A DNA stretch of 64,000 nt from an uncultured delta proteobacterium (lineage in GTDB: Bacteria; Desulfobacterota; Binatia; UBA9968). The position numbers were made by a program, and so were the translations under genes. The notes beneath the pieces were generated by a model. The model saw only the letters and a program-made list of their open reading frames with translations. It searched no databases and was not told where the DNA came from. The stretch lies in NCBI GenBank assembly GCA_963816145.1, contig CAWFJP010000014.1:685705-749704 (forward strand), given 5' to 3'. Below, piece by piece: positions 10,154 to 21,496 of this stretch; within the stretch, counting starts at the first letter, position 1, and every line of letters begins with the position of its first letter.

Positions 10154-11074
10154 ATGAGCGCGCGGGCTTTTTGCGTTCTTATTTCCCTCCTGAGTCTCTT
10201 GGTAGCGCAGCCGTTTGCTGCCGCTGGAACAAAAATTATTTGGCCCAAGCCGTTGGAGGCCTTTCAAGGCGACCTCGTGGAAGTGCGGGTCGGCGGTGAA
10301 GATTTGCTCGAAGTCGATGGACTCTTGGGCAAGGAGAGGATTTACTTTCGATCGAGTCAAAACGGTTTTTATACGGCACTGGTGGGTGTCGATGTCGAAG
10401 CCAAGCCGGCAACGGTGAAATTAATTTTGAAGGCGACCACCTCCGGCGGCGAGCAACGTCAGAGCGTGATTCCTCTCAAAATTAAAGCCAAGGCGTTCCA
10501 TAAGGAATCTTTCAATGTCCCGCCGAGCTTCGATGAGATGAGTCCGGAAGCGCTCGCCGAAATCCGCCGCGAACAGGCGGCGTTCGCTCGATCCTTCGCC
10601 AACACGGCCGCGGAACGGTTTTGGACCCTGCCGTTCCTTCGGCCCGTCCCTCAGGAGGCGTCGGCGTCAGCCTTCGGTTCACGGCGCGTCGTCAACGGCG
10701 TGCCACGAGCGCCGCATACCGGGACCGATCTGTCTGCGCCGGCGGGAACCGAGGTGGTCGCCACCAACCATGGCAAAGTGGTGTTGGTTGGCAAATACTT
10801 CTTCGCCGGCGGCAGCGTGGTCATTGATCACGGCGGCGGCTTGTACTCGATGTATTTTCATCTGTCGGAAGTCAAAGTCGAAGAGGGCAAGATGGTGCGG
10901 CGCGGCGATGTGCTAGCGCTCTCGGGCGGCACGGGGCGGGTCACGGGGCCACATCTCCATTGGGGCGTGCGTCTTAATAACAGCCGTGTCGATCCGCTCG
11001 ATTTATTGCGCAAGTTTTCCTATCAAACGGATGCCGGCGAAGCCGACAAAGCTTTGCTGAAAGCGGAGGAGTGA
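10154..11074 (+). CDS. M23 family metallopeptidase (secreted)
   Basis: Signal peptide; HTGTD, YFHL, TGPHLHW motifs. Confidence 0.9.
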   Translation: MSARAFCVLISLLSLLVAQPFAAAGTKIIWPKPLEAFQGDLVEVRVGGEDLLEVDGLLGKERIYFRSSQNGFYTALVGVDVEAKPATVKLILKATTSGGEQRQSVIPLKIKAKAFHKESFNVPPSFDEMSPEALAEIRREQAAFARSFANTAAERFWTLPFLRPVPQEASASAFGSRRVVNGVPRAPHTGTDLSAPAGTEVVATNHGKVVLVGKYFFAGGSVVIDHGGGLYSMYFHLSEVKVEEGKMVRRGDVLALSGGTGRVTGPHLHWGVRLNNSRVDPLDLLRKFSYQTDAGEADKALLKAEE

Positions 11075-11075
11075 C

Positions 11076-11333
11076 ATGGCAAAAAAAGAATCTACGCAAA
11101 AGAATTTTGAAAGCGCTTTGGAGGAGTTGGAAGAGGTCGTCGAACAGCTCGAATCCGGTGATCTGCCGCTGGACGATTCGCTGGCGGCTTTCGAAAAGGG
11201 CGTCGGCCTGGTGAAGTTCTGCAATCACAAGCTCAATGAAGTGGAAAAAAAGGTTGAGCTTCTAATCAAGGACAAAGAAGGCAAGCTGCAACTCAAATCT
11301 CTCCACGATCTACCCGAAGACGATGCCGAGTAG
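11076..11333 (+). CDS. xseB: Exodeoxyribonuclease VII small subunit
   Basis: FESALEELEEVVEQLESGDLPLDDSL..FEKG. Confidence 0.95.
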   Translation: MAKKESTQKNFESALEELEEVVEQLESGDLPLDDSLAAFEKGVGLVKFCNHKLNEVEKKVELLIKDKEGKLQLKSLHDLPEDDAE

Positions 11334-11350
11334 CCGGGTTTTTTCCCGCC

Positions 11351-12061
11351 TCAGTTCTCCGCCTGCAGGCCGGAAAGCCGTTTCACGGTGTCCGCCACTA
11401 AGTCGATAAAGCATTGTCGCGACGGGAAGTCGCGCCGATAGATCGGTGCGCCGAAGCTGATATGGGCCACCCAGGTCGATCCAGTGTCATATCGTATGCC
11501 TGTCGGGATGATCGGGATCGTTTGATGCATCACTTTCTCGGCGCTTTCGGCGACGGCCGCGAATCCCGGCTTGAATGGGAGAAATTCGTCGGCGTGGGTT
11601 TTGGGGGTAAACACCGGATCGATGTACGGAAACCCCTCGGGGAAAATGACCAACAGACGATTTTCTTCGAGAAGTTTGACCGACTGGCGCAGGGCGGCCA
11701 ATTGGTAGCGGCGCAGATCGCTAGCTGTGTAAAGTCGGTTCTCTTTCGGGGAGTTTTCGATTGCCTCTTCGCGTAACACCATCGGCCAGCGCGCCAGGGT
11801 GTTGAGGCTGCTCATGAAAAATCTTGTGCGCCGGTTTCGCGCCCAATCCAGCGTCACAATGATATGAAACCGGCGTTCGACCGCGGCAAAAAAAGCCAGG
11901 CCGTCGAACAGATGGTGATAGTGGCGCGCGACAATGATCCCCGGACCCTGCGGCGGCAGATGTTGCAGTCCTTGAGCAACCGTTTTCAAGCGCTTGCCGG
12001 TGAGGATGCGCGCGATCAGGTGCATCGCTCGGTCAACGGCAAAATCGGCAATCGGGTTCAC
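11351..12061 (-). CDS. PlsC-family acyltransferase (candidate carotenoid-glycoside acyltransferase, CruD-like)
   Basis: Acyltransferase block I variant RHYHHLFDG and block III IFPEG; next to a GT2 in the crt cluster. Confidence 0.7.
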   Translation of the reverse strand: MNPIADFAVDRAMHLIARILTGKRLKTVAQGLQHLPPQGPGIIVARHYHHLFDGLAFFAAVERRFHIIVTLDWARNRRTRFFMSSLNTLARWPMVLREEAIENSPKENRLYTASDLRRYQLAALRQSVKLLEENRLLVIFPEGFPYIDPVFTPKTHADEFLPFKPGFAAVAESAEKVMHQTIPIIPTGIRYDTGSTWVAHISFGAPIYRRDFPSRQCFIDLVADTVKRLSGLQAEN

Positions 12062-12076
12062 AGATTTTTTAGCTCG

Positions 12077-13246
12077 CTACTTGACGTCGCCGATGGGCTT
12101 GAAGACGCCGCCTTTGCCGCGGCGGTAGGTTCGGCCGCGCCAGCTATGATGGCGCCGCAAGGCGAATTGAATGATGCGCAAAACCGCCGGCAGATCGGCC
12201 AACGGCGAAAGCCAGAAGGTCCAGGGCCGGTCGGGGTAGGCGCGGGCGACGCCGAAGAGGACGCCGACTCGGATCATCAATAAAACTCCGGCAAATACTA
12301 AAATCGGCAACGGTAATCGAAAGAGCGCGCCAAGAATTACCGCCGGTAAAGGTAAGGCCTGGGCGATGAGGATGCCGAACAATGACATCGCCTCGCGCCA
12401 GCCGAAGTACTGGTCCCGCATGGGCAGAGAACGGGGCCAATTGTTCCAGTTCTCGCGCCAGCTGCCGTACATGTTGACTTCGACAAGTGCGTCGGATTCA
12501 TAAAAGCCGATCTGTTCGCCGCATTCGGCGAGACGGCGCACGATGGTGATGTCTTCGCATAGTGAGGTTTGCGCGGCCTGGAAAGCCGCCGTTCGCAGCA
12601 AGGTCTGGCGAGGCGCAAAAAAACATTGTCCGTTGGCTTGAACGCGGTGGCGATTCTTCGTCGCTCTGCCGGGCGCACCGAAGCGGTAGATCAATGTGGT
12701 CAACATCGCCGGATGAAGCAGCGCTTCGAGATTGCCTGACAGCCGTTGTCCGGTCGCCACGGAAAATATCCTGACCCCGCTTCTTTGAGCGTGGTGCAGC
12801 AGCGAGCGCACTAGCAGCGGTTGGACCATGACATCGGCGTCGACGCAGAGTATCCAATTGCTGGCGGTTGACGCACTTTGCAAACCCCAGTGCAGTCCCC
12901 AGGCTTTTCCCGTCCAACTGGGGTCCACCGGACTGGCGTCGATCAATCTTACGCGTTCATCCACTGCATGATGACGCTGCACGATGGCTTGAGTGCCGTC
13001 GTCGGAGCCGCCATCGATGACCAAAATTTCCTTTACTTCTTCAGGCTGCTGGCATAAAGCCGCAAGGCAGGCATCGATCCGGCCGGCCTCGTTCAGTACC
13101 GGCAAGAGCACCGTGACGCGCTCGCTGGAAGGAATCGAGGAAACCTCGATGCGCAATTTAGTTTTGCCCAGGCCGAACAAGGATTGCCGTTCTTTCCAGC
13201 TGCCGCCGGTGGTTTCAAGATCTGCCGGCGGATAGCAAGGTTTCAC
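12077..13246 (-). CDS. GT2 glycosyltransferase (CruC/CrtQ-like carotenoid glycosyltransferase)
   Basis: PVLNE, DGGSDDGT, WTGKAW, DAD, ANGQC, ED, C-terminal TM and WRGR; start uncertain. Confidence 0.8.
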   Translation of the reverse strand: MKPCYPPADLETTGGSWKERQSLFGLGKTKLRIEVSSIPSSERVTVLLPVLNEAGRIDACLAALCQQPEEVKEILVIDGGSDDGTQAIVQRHHAVDERVRLIDASPVDPSWTGKAWGLHWGLQSASTASNWILCVDADVMVQPLLVRSLLHHAQRSGVRIFSVATGQRLSGNLEALLHPAMLTTLIYRFGAPGRATKNRHRVQANGQCFFAPRQTLLRTAAFQAAQTSLCEDITIVRRLAECGEQIGFYESDALVEVNMYGSWRENWNNWPRSLPMRDQYFGWREAMSLFGILIAQALPLPAVILGALFRLPLPILVFAGVLLMIRVGVLFGVARAYPDRPWTFWLSPLADLPAVLRIIQFALRRHHSWRGRTYRRGKGGVFKPIGDVK

Positions 13247-14023
13247 AGCTGCTAACGCCCGAGACCTGGGTCAGAACAAAGCGGCTTTCCTTTGGGTCGG
13301 GTTCGACCTCGGCCGATTGGTTCAAGAACCCCGGCCACGCGCCGAGCACCCGTTGTTCGAAGAGTTGAGTGTCTATGCTGCCTTCGATTCTCCCCGGTTG
13401 AACAACGCGGCCATTGAGGATCGAGTGGCCGCGTTGGACGACATAGAATTCGCCGTCGGGAAGCAGCGGGATGGAAATCTTGAGTGTCGCGGCCGGCTTG
13501 CCGTCGCCGTCCCAGTCGTATACTGCCGGATCATCGATCTTCGTGGGTAGGGCGGTCTCGTTACCGCTTGATTTGTAGCCAATCCGTTCAACACCGAGGT
13601 CGGCGCGATAGCGCCAGCCCTGCGCGTCTTTATCGAATTGCAGCGGATAGGTGTGCCGTGCCAGCGCCGCGACAAACTTGTCGGGAAAGATCATCTTGAT
13701 AAACTTGGAATCGTCGAGCACGCGAAAGTCGCAGGTCTTATGTGTTTGGATCAGCGCCGCGCCGTCGCGTTTGATCTCAACCAGAGAGACTGACTTGGAG
13801 GCCGACTTCGATGTGCCGAAGACCGGCACCCGGGTTGTCGACGCCATGATCATTTCAAGGCGGTAGAAGCCGGCAGGAAGTATCTGATCTTCCTGGCTGC
13901 GAGCAAGATTCGCGACTAGACCAAAACAGATGACCACTGCCGAGATCCCGAGCGTCCGGTATCTCGGCCGGTTGCTGCGATTGCTTTGATGTACATTAAA
14001 GCAGAGGAATTCAAGTTTTTGCA
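13215..14023 (-). CDS. Hypothetical exported protein
   Basis: Hydrophobic signal-like stretch (LGISAVVICFGLVANLARS), beta-rich body, DWDGDGKP motif; start uncertain. Confidence 0.6.
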
Positions 14024-14208
14024 TTTGATCCCACCAAAATCGATCGTAAAGGGCTAATTGCTTCGCTTTAGAACCTAGTGTCGCTGGACGGGTTTTTCTT
14101 GGCCTGCAATCATTCCTATGTTTAGCAGCTTTTTCCGTTGATTCCATGAGTCGAACGCGAGGGAGTCCGGATTGGTTAGGGTTTGCTCGCGAATCGTTTC
14201 GGCAAAGA

Positions 14209-15016
14209 CTAAGAAGGCAGTCTTTGATCTGCGTCCCAAGCACTACTTTCCGGGTCGACGAGGTCATGCCCGGCGAAAACTTCGTGATATTGGACTCCGC
14301 GGTTATGCAAGCGGTTTAGTAGGCGAGCCGTGCATACGGAACGAACGACTTTGTCCCGGTTGCCTTGAATCAGCAAGGTTGGGACATCGATCTTCGCCGC
14401 CCGCTCAAACGCGCTGCGTCCGAGCTGACGAACTTGCGCAATCGAGGCCAACGACACAGTGGTCTGGCGCAGCGCCTGCTGGATGTGCGGATTGTCAAGG
14501 TCGATGTTGGTATACATCCTGAGGAGAGCGCGGCGGACATCCAGAGCCGAGAAATCAGCGTGACTGAGCGGTTTGATGCGGCGAACGAGTAAATTGATCA
14601 GCGGCCATAAGATCCTCAACCAGCCTTCGCCGAAACTCCAAAATGGCGCGAGTAAAACCAGACCTGTCGGCGGCTGCTCCAACGCCGTGTGCAATGCCAA
14701 GGCGCCGCCCATGGAGTAGCCGATCAAAAGGACCACTGCGTGCTGCTGCTTCAGTTCTTCCATGGCGTTGATTTGCCGCGGCGGACCAGTCCAGAACGCT
14801 CCGTTGTTCGAGCGTCGCGATGTCCGCGCCCAAGCCCGGAAGCATTAACCCGTGCACGGTCCAGCCTGCGTCTCTCAGAACCATTCCGAGCGGACGCATT
14901 TCCGCCGGCGTCCCAGGAAAGCCGTGCAAGAGCAGAGCGGCATGATCGCCCGCTTGCCAGCGAAAGGATCTATCTTCAATGCTATCGAATGGTTTTGGCA
15001 GTATCGCTTGGGTCAT
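14209..15016 (-). CDS. Alpha/beta-fold carboxylesterase, split by a frameshift near 14772 (probable sequencing error)
   Basis: LLHGFPGTP and GYSMGG, QGNRD, GH lie in two overlapping ORFs; removing one base from an A3 run joins them. Confidence 0.75.
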
Positions 15017-15192
15017 GATTTAAATGCTGGCTTTGGCTTCTTTGTAGAACGTAGCGGAAATTGCCGGCGCGTGGAACTCGCCAAAGTTGTCCTGCGCAAC
15101 TGGGTTTTGCGACGCTTTGACTATATAACGGACCGCGCACATTGATAATCGGTAACAGTTGAAAGAAAACAGCACTACCCTATAGCTCATCA

Positions 15193-16640
15193 ATGGATCA
15201 TAAAAATCTTATCCTATTGACTGGCGGCACCGGATACGTCGGCGGCAGGCTGCTGCAAGCGTTGGAAAATAGCGGCTATCTCGTGCGCTGCATCGCCCGG
15301 CGACCGCAAGCGTTGCGCGGGCGGGCGGGCGTAAATACCGAAGTCGTCTTTGGCGACTGTTTCCAGCCCGAATCTCTCAGTGCCGCGATGGCCGGCGTGC
15401 ACACGGCATATTACTTGGTTCATTCCATGGGTTCCACCGAATCGTTCGAAACAAAGGATCGCCAAGCCGCCAACAATTTTGCCCAAGCCGCGCACCGCGC
15501 TAAAGTGCAGCGCATCATTTACCTTGGCGGTTTGGGTGAAGGCGCGCTGTCGCCGCATTTAAGAAGCCGTCAGGAAGTTGGCAAAGCTTTAGCGAGCACG
15601 GGCGTGGAGGTCATCGAGTTCCGCGCTTCGATTGTCATCGGTTCCGGAAGTCTTTCTTTTGAAATAATCCGGGCTCTGGTTGAGCGGTTGCCGGTGATGA
15701 TTTGCCCGGCTTGGGTTTCAATGGCGGCGCAACCGATCGGCATCGAAGATCTGGTTCGTTATCTCGTTGAAGCCTTGGATCTTCCGAAAGGCGCTCCTCC
15801 CATTATCGAAGTCGGTGGCGCGGATAGGGTTTCCTACGAAGATATCATGCGCGAATATGCCAGGCAGCGAAATCTTCGCAGGTTGATGATTTCGGTGCCG
15901 GTGTTGACGCCGCGGTTGTCGAGTCTTTGGCTCGGTCTCGTCACGCCTGTTTACGCGCGTATCGGTCGCAAATTAGTCGACAGCATCCGCAATCCCACGG
16001 TGGTGCGAGATCCCATTGCGCTCACTCTATTCTCGGTCCGACCGCAAGGAGTTCGCGAAATAATCGCCCGAGCGATCGTCAATGAAGATCGCGAATTCGC
16101 CGCCACCAAGTGGTCCGACGCCTTGTCTTCCCGCGGCGAGGAGTCCGGTTGGGGCGGCGTGCGCTTTGGCAATCGGATTGTCGATTCTCGGGAAGTGTCA
16201 GTGAATTGTTCTGCGGAACAGGCATTTCGACCGATTCGCCGCATCGGCGGCGCAACCGGCTGGTATTACGGCGATTGGCTATGGCAAGTGCGGGGCTTTT
16301 TGGATTTGTTGTGCGGCGGTGTTGGCGTTCGCCGGGGACGGCGTGACCCCGAACAGCTTCAGGTTGGCGATACCTTGGACTTTTGGCGTGTCGAGGCTTT
16401 TGAGCATAATAAAAGACTCCTGCTCGCCGCCGAAATGAAGCTTCCCGGCCGAGCCTGGCTGGAATTTGCCGTTGCAGGCCAAGGGAAGAACTCGTTGATT
16501 CGCCAAACCGCGATCTTCGATCCCATCGGTGTTGCCGGATTGATGTATTGGTATGTTTTGTATCCGGTGCACAAGTTGATGTTCGGGAAGATGCTGCACG
16601 CCCTCGCCGCGGCGTGCCAGGACGACAAAGTCAGAGTCGA

Positions 16641-16644
<4 letters not shown>
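15193..16644 (+). CDS. SDR/NAD(P)-binding oxidoreductase with DUF2867 (YbjT-like)
   Basis: TGGTGYVG, YYLVHSM, C-terminal DFWRVE..AEMKLPGRAWLEF. Confidence 0.88.
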
Positions 16645-18032
<1,388 letters not shown>

Positions 18033-18037
18033 GAACT

Positions 18038-18529
18038 CTAGGTGCCGGTTGGCCGTGACCGCCTGAGCTGCGCCGGATTGAACCGTGCTTCGAGAATTTT
18101 GTGGCGATAGTCAAAGATGCGCGCGATATCCGGAGCGACCAAAAGTCGTTGCACGAGTGTGCCGCCGGGCACCGCATATTCAACGTTGTCGCCGACCAAA
18201 GTACCGCCGTTTCGGATTGCGAAGGTGTGCTCGTGTACCCAAAGCGAATAGGGTCCTTTGATTTGCCGATCGACAAAACGACGGGGCGGTTCCCAGACAC
18301 TGATCTCGCTTTGCCAGCGGATCGGCACGCCGTGCAGGCGCAAGCGGTAGTCGAGAAGCGTTCCCTTGCCCATCGCGGTATCGGCCGGTGACAAGATCTT
18401 GAACTGCAGCCAAGCCGGCGTCAGGGTGTCGAGATTTTGCGGGTCGGCGAAAAACTGAAAGATTTCGTCGCGGCTTTGCGGCAGCCATAGCTCAGTGCGC
18501 AGCCAGAAAGTTTTCATATCGTGCTTCAA
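18038..18529 (-). CDS. SRPBCC/START-fold ligand-binding protein
   Basis: FFADPQNL..LTP, FVDRQIKGPY..WVHEH, IFDYRH. Confidence 0.85.
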   Translation of the reverse strand: MKHDMKTFWLRTELWLPQSRDEIFQFFADPQNLDTLTPAWLQFKILSPADTAMGKGTLLDYRLRLHGVPIRWQSEISVWEPPRRFVDRQIKGPYSLWVHEHTFAIRNGGTLVGDNVEYAVPGGTLVQRLLVAPDIARIFDYRHKILEARFNPAQLRRSRPTGT

Positions 18530-18532
18530 GAT

Positions 18533-19495
18533 TCAGACATGGTTACGCAGCATGAGTTCTTTGGGGCTAGGCTCGAGGTAGACTTGTCCTTCGAGGTAAC
18601 CGACATGGTATTTCTGGGTGTAGTGGCGGATTAAAGTGATCGGCACGATCAACGGAATGAGTTGGCGGTGGTAGTCGTGAATTACGCCGAGCAATTCCTG
18701 GCGCTCCGGCGCCGACAATTCTTTAGAGAAGTAACCCATCATATGATCGAGCACGTTGGTGTGTGTCTTGGCGGTGGCATGGTGCGCCAATCCCTCCATG
18801 AAGAGCCGACCGTAATCATCGTAGGCTTGTGCCAATGAACTCTTGTTCGCCTTGGCAACGATCCGGCCTAACTGCCGGTAGTGGCGTTCGCTGTGGGCAA
18901 GCAAAAAAAACTTGTGGCGGGTGTGAAACTCGATCAAGGCGTTAACCGAGCGGGGCGCCGCCAGGGCGTCCTGCCAGCGTCGGTAGGCAAACACGCGCTC
19001 GATAAAGTTTTCCCGCAGTGCAAGATCATTCAAACGTCCCTCTTCTTCGACCGGCAGGAGTGGCAAGCGCTCCATGACGGCGGCGGCAAACAAGCCGCGG
19101 CCAAGGCGCGAAGGAGGGGCTCCATGGCTGTAAAGCTTCACCCGTTCCATACCGCAACTTGGCGAACTCTTTTTGAAGATATAGCCGGATAACTCCTGCC
19201 CGGCTAACTGGGAGATCCGTTTGGCGGAAAATCGCTGCATCTCCGCGGTCCAGTCTCGGCCCGATTTTTCCGCGATCATTTTGGCATGATCCGGTGTGCC
19301 GACTAAGCGCACGGTTTCGCGCGGCACGCCCATGCCTACTTCCATTTCAGGACAAACCGCCACCCAATCGACGAACTTACCGAAAAGATCGGTCAGGAAG
19401 CGATCCCGTTTGTGGCCGCCATCGAAACGAACTTTTTCGCCCAGTAGGCATGCGCTGATACCGATCATTGGTTTTAGTTGTGGGGTTTTTGTCAT
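18533..19495 (-). CDS. DUF523/DUF1722 (YbgA-like) protein
   Basis: GISACLLG..VRFDGGHK, CPE, KSSPSCG, EEGRL, FHTRHK; typically linked to photolyase. Confidence 0.9.
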   Translation of the reverse strand: MTKTPQLKPMIGISACLLGEKVRFDGGHKRDRFLTDLFGKFVDWVAVCPEMEVGMGVPRETVRLVGTPDHAKMIAEKSGRDWTAEMQRFSAKRISQLAGQELSGYIFKKSSPSCGMERVKLYSHGAPPSRLGRGLFAAAVMERLPLLPVEEEGRLNDLALRENFIERVFAYRRWQDALAAPRSVNALIEFHTRHKFFLLAHSERHYRQLGRIVAKANKSSLAQAYDDYGRLFMEGLAHHATAKTHTNVLDHMMGYFSKELSAPERQELLGVIHDYHRQLIPLIVPITLIRHYTQKYHVGYLEGQVYLEPSPKELMLRNHV

Positions 19496-19596
19496 GGCAA
19501 TGTTGACTATTGATAACATTTTAGATAATAGAGTCAACTATAACTTACGTCGAACCAGCGAACTAAGGACGGTTCGGTAACAAGAGTGGAATTTTG

Positions 19597-20505
19597 ATGA
19601 AGATCGTAATTACCGGTGCTACGGGCATGATCGGTTCGTTGTTGGTCGAGCGGTTAGCGAAGCGGTTCGACACGACTTTGGTATTGTTTAGTCGCAATCG
19701 CCCGCAGGAAATTCCCGTGGCCAATCGCCAGTGGCTGGCTTGGCAGCCAGGAGCCAACGGCGAGTGGCAGCGGGCCATCGACGGCGCCGATGCGGTGATC
19801 AATCTCGCCGGTGAACCGATTGCCGGCAAGCGCTGGAGCGCCCGGCAGAAGCTCATCCTGCGCTCGAGTCGTATTGAGGCTACGCAGTCCATCGTCGAAG
19901 CGATCGGCAAGGCTAAGGTTAAACCTAAAGCGCTGATCAGCGCGTCGGCGGTGGGTTATTACGGTCCGCATGGGGACGAGCGGTTAAATGAGGATAGCAA
20001 GCCGGGAGACGATTTCCTGTCGTGCTTATGTGTCGATTGGGAAAACGAAGCGACGAAGGCGGAATCGTTGGGCGTGGGAGTAAGCCTGTTGCGCACCGGG
20101 GTTGTCTTAGCCAAGGGCGCTGGAGCGCTGCAGAAGATGGTTCCGCCATTCAAGATGTTAGCCGGCGGTCCCTTGGGTTCGGGGCAACAGTGGATGCCGT
20201 GGATTCACATTGACGATGAAGTCGGCCTGATCGAGTTCCTGCTCGATCAATCCGATGCCCATGGCGCATTTAACGGTACCGCGCCCAATCCGGTGACCAT
20301 GGCGGAGTTCTCCCGGACCCTGGGCGGCGTGCTCAATCGCCCGTCTTGGCTATCGGTGCCGCCATCGCTGTTGGCGCTGATGGTTGGCGAGATGGCGGAC
20401 ATGCTTTTGACCGGGCAGCGCGCCACGCCCGACGCGGCGCTCAAACTCGGCTTCCAATTCAAGTATCCAAATCTTATTGACGCCTTATCGGCGTTGCGGC
20501 TATAG
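19597..20505 (+). CDS. TIGR01777 family NAD-dependent epimerase-like oxidoreductase
   Basis: TGATGMIG, INLAGEPI, SASAVGYYG, GSGQQWMPWIH. Confidence 0.92.
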   Translation: MKIVITGATGMIGSLLVERLAKRFDTTLVLFSRNRPQEIPVANRQWLAWQPGANGEWQRAIDGADAVINLAGEPIAGKRWSARQKLILRSSRIEATQSIVEAIGKAKVKPKALISASAVGYYGPHGDERLNEDSKPGDDFLSCLCVDWENEATKAESLGVGVSLLRTGVVLAKGAGALQKMVPPFKMLAGGPLGSGQQWMPWIHIDDEVGLIEFLLDQSDAHGAFNGTAPNPVTMAEFSRTLGGVLNRPSWLSVPPSLLALMVGEMADMLLTGQRATPDAALKLGFQFKYPNLIDALSALRL

Positions 20506-20588
20506 GATCGCGCTGCTGATTGCCCAGTGGTGGTTTGGGAGTAAGAAAACATTGAAATCTTTACCAACTGAAATCCGATTCTCAAACG

Positions 20589-21474
20589 GTGGAAGAATTT
20601 TTAGCCGGGAAACAGACTCGCTTCGCCAAGGTGATTTTGAGCGGCGATTCCCTTGGCGCAATGCAAATCGTCGATGAGCTACTCGTCACGCGCCAGACCT
20701 TAGGCGATATTTATCTGCGCGTGATCGCGCCATCATTGGTGAGTCTCGGCGACTCGTGGTGCCGTGGCGACGCCAGCACCGGTGAAGAGAAGGTGGCGAC
20801 GCAAATCGTCCTCGATCAGATGGAACGTTTGCGCGCGCTGTTTATTGTCCCGGGGCCGCGCATCGCCTTACCGAGTGATGGTTGCTTGCGTCGAGGGGGA
20901 GCACCACTTCATCGGCGCTCGCATGACGGCGGATATTTGCGCTAGCCGGGGTTGGAATGTGGATTTTCTCGGTCACAACGTGCCGGACCCCTCGCTCATC
21001 GAGATGGTTGAGCGGCGTCGGCCCCAGGTGTTAGCCCTTTCGGCAACCATGGCCTCTGGACTTGAGCACCTGCGCTCGCTTGCGCAGCTTTTGACTGAAA
21101 CGGCGCCGAATGTGCGGATGGTTGTCGGCGGCCAAGCGGTGGACGCCCAAAGCGCTGTCGCGATGAAATTAAACTCGCGTTGGGAGATTGCCAAAGATCT
21201 CGTCTCCGGTGTCGGTTTGATCAGTGTTTTATTGCGCGCCGATCGGCCCAAGTCCGTGCTCAAAGAGTACCAACTCATACTAGCCCGCCGCGTGCGCAAT
21301 TTGCGGACGCAACGGGGTTGGACCCAGGAGCGTTTGGCCGAAGTCACCCAAGTAACACGCGCGTGCATCAACGCGGTCGAAGGCGGCAAGCAAAACGTTT
21401 CGATGGATATTCTGGTGCGCATGGCCAATGCGTTGGAAGTGGCGCCGGAGAAATTGTTGTCGGCGGAGGGGTAA
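20589..21474 (+). CDS. Cobalamin-binding regulator (cap bundle + B12 Rossmann + C-terminal XRE HTH); apparent frameshift at GGGG 20852-20855
   Basis: LGDSWCRG..EEK cap, GEHHFIG B12 motif, FLG..VP, LSAT, then RVRNLRTQRGWTQERLA..INAVEGG HTH; removing one G gives 294 aa. Confidence 0.8.
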
Positions 21475-21496
21475 GTTTGTGAACAGGGGAGACAGC

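Noticed and set aside
13215-15016. Possible esterase-exported protein fusion through the open frame 13215-14267
   Set aside because: Needs an additional indel and the linker reads as non-coding; two genes is simpler.
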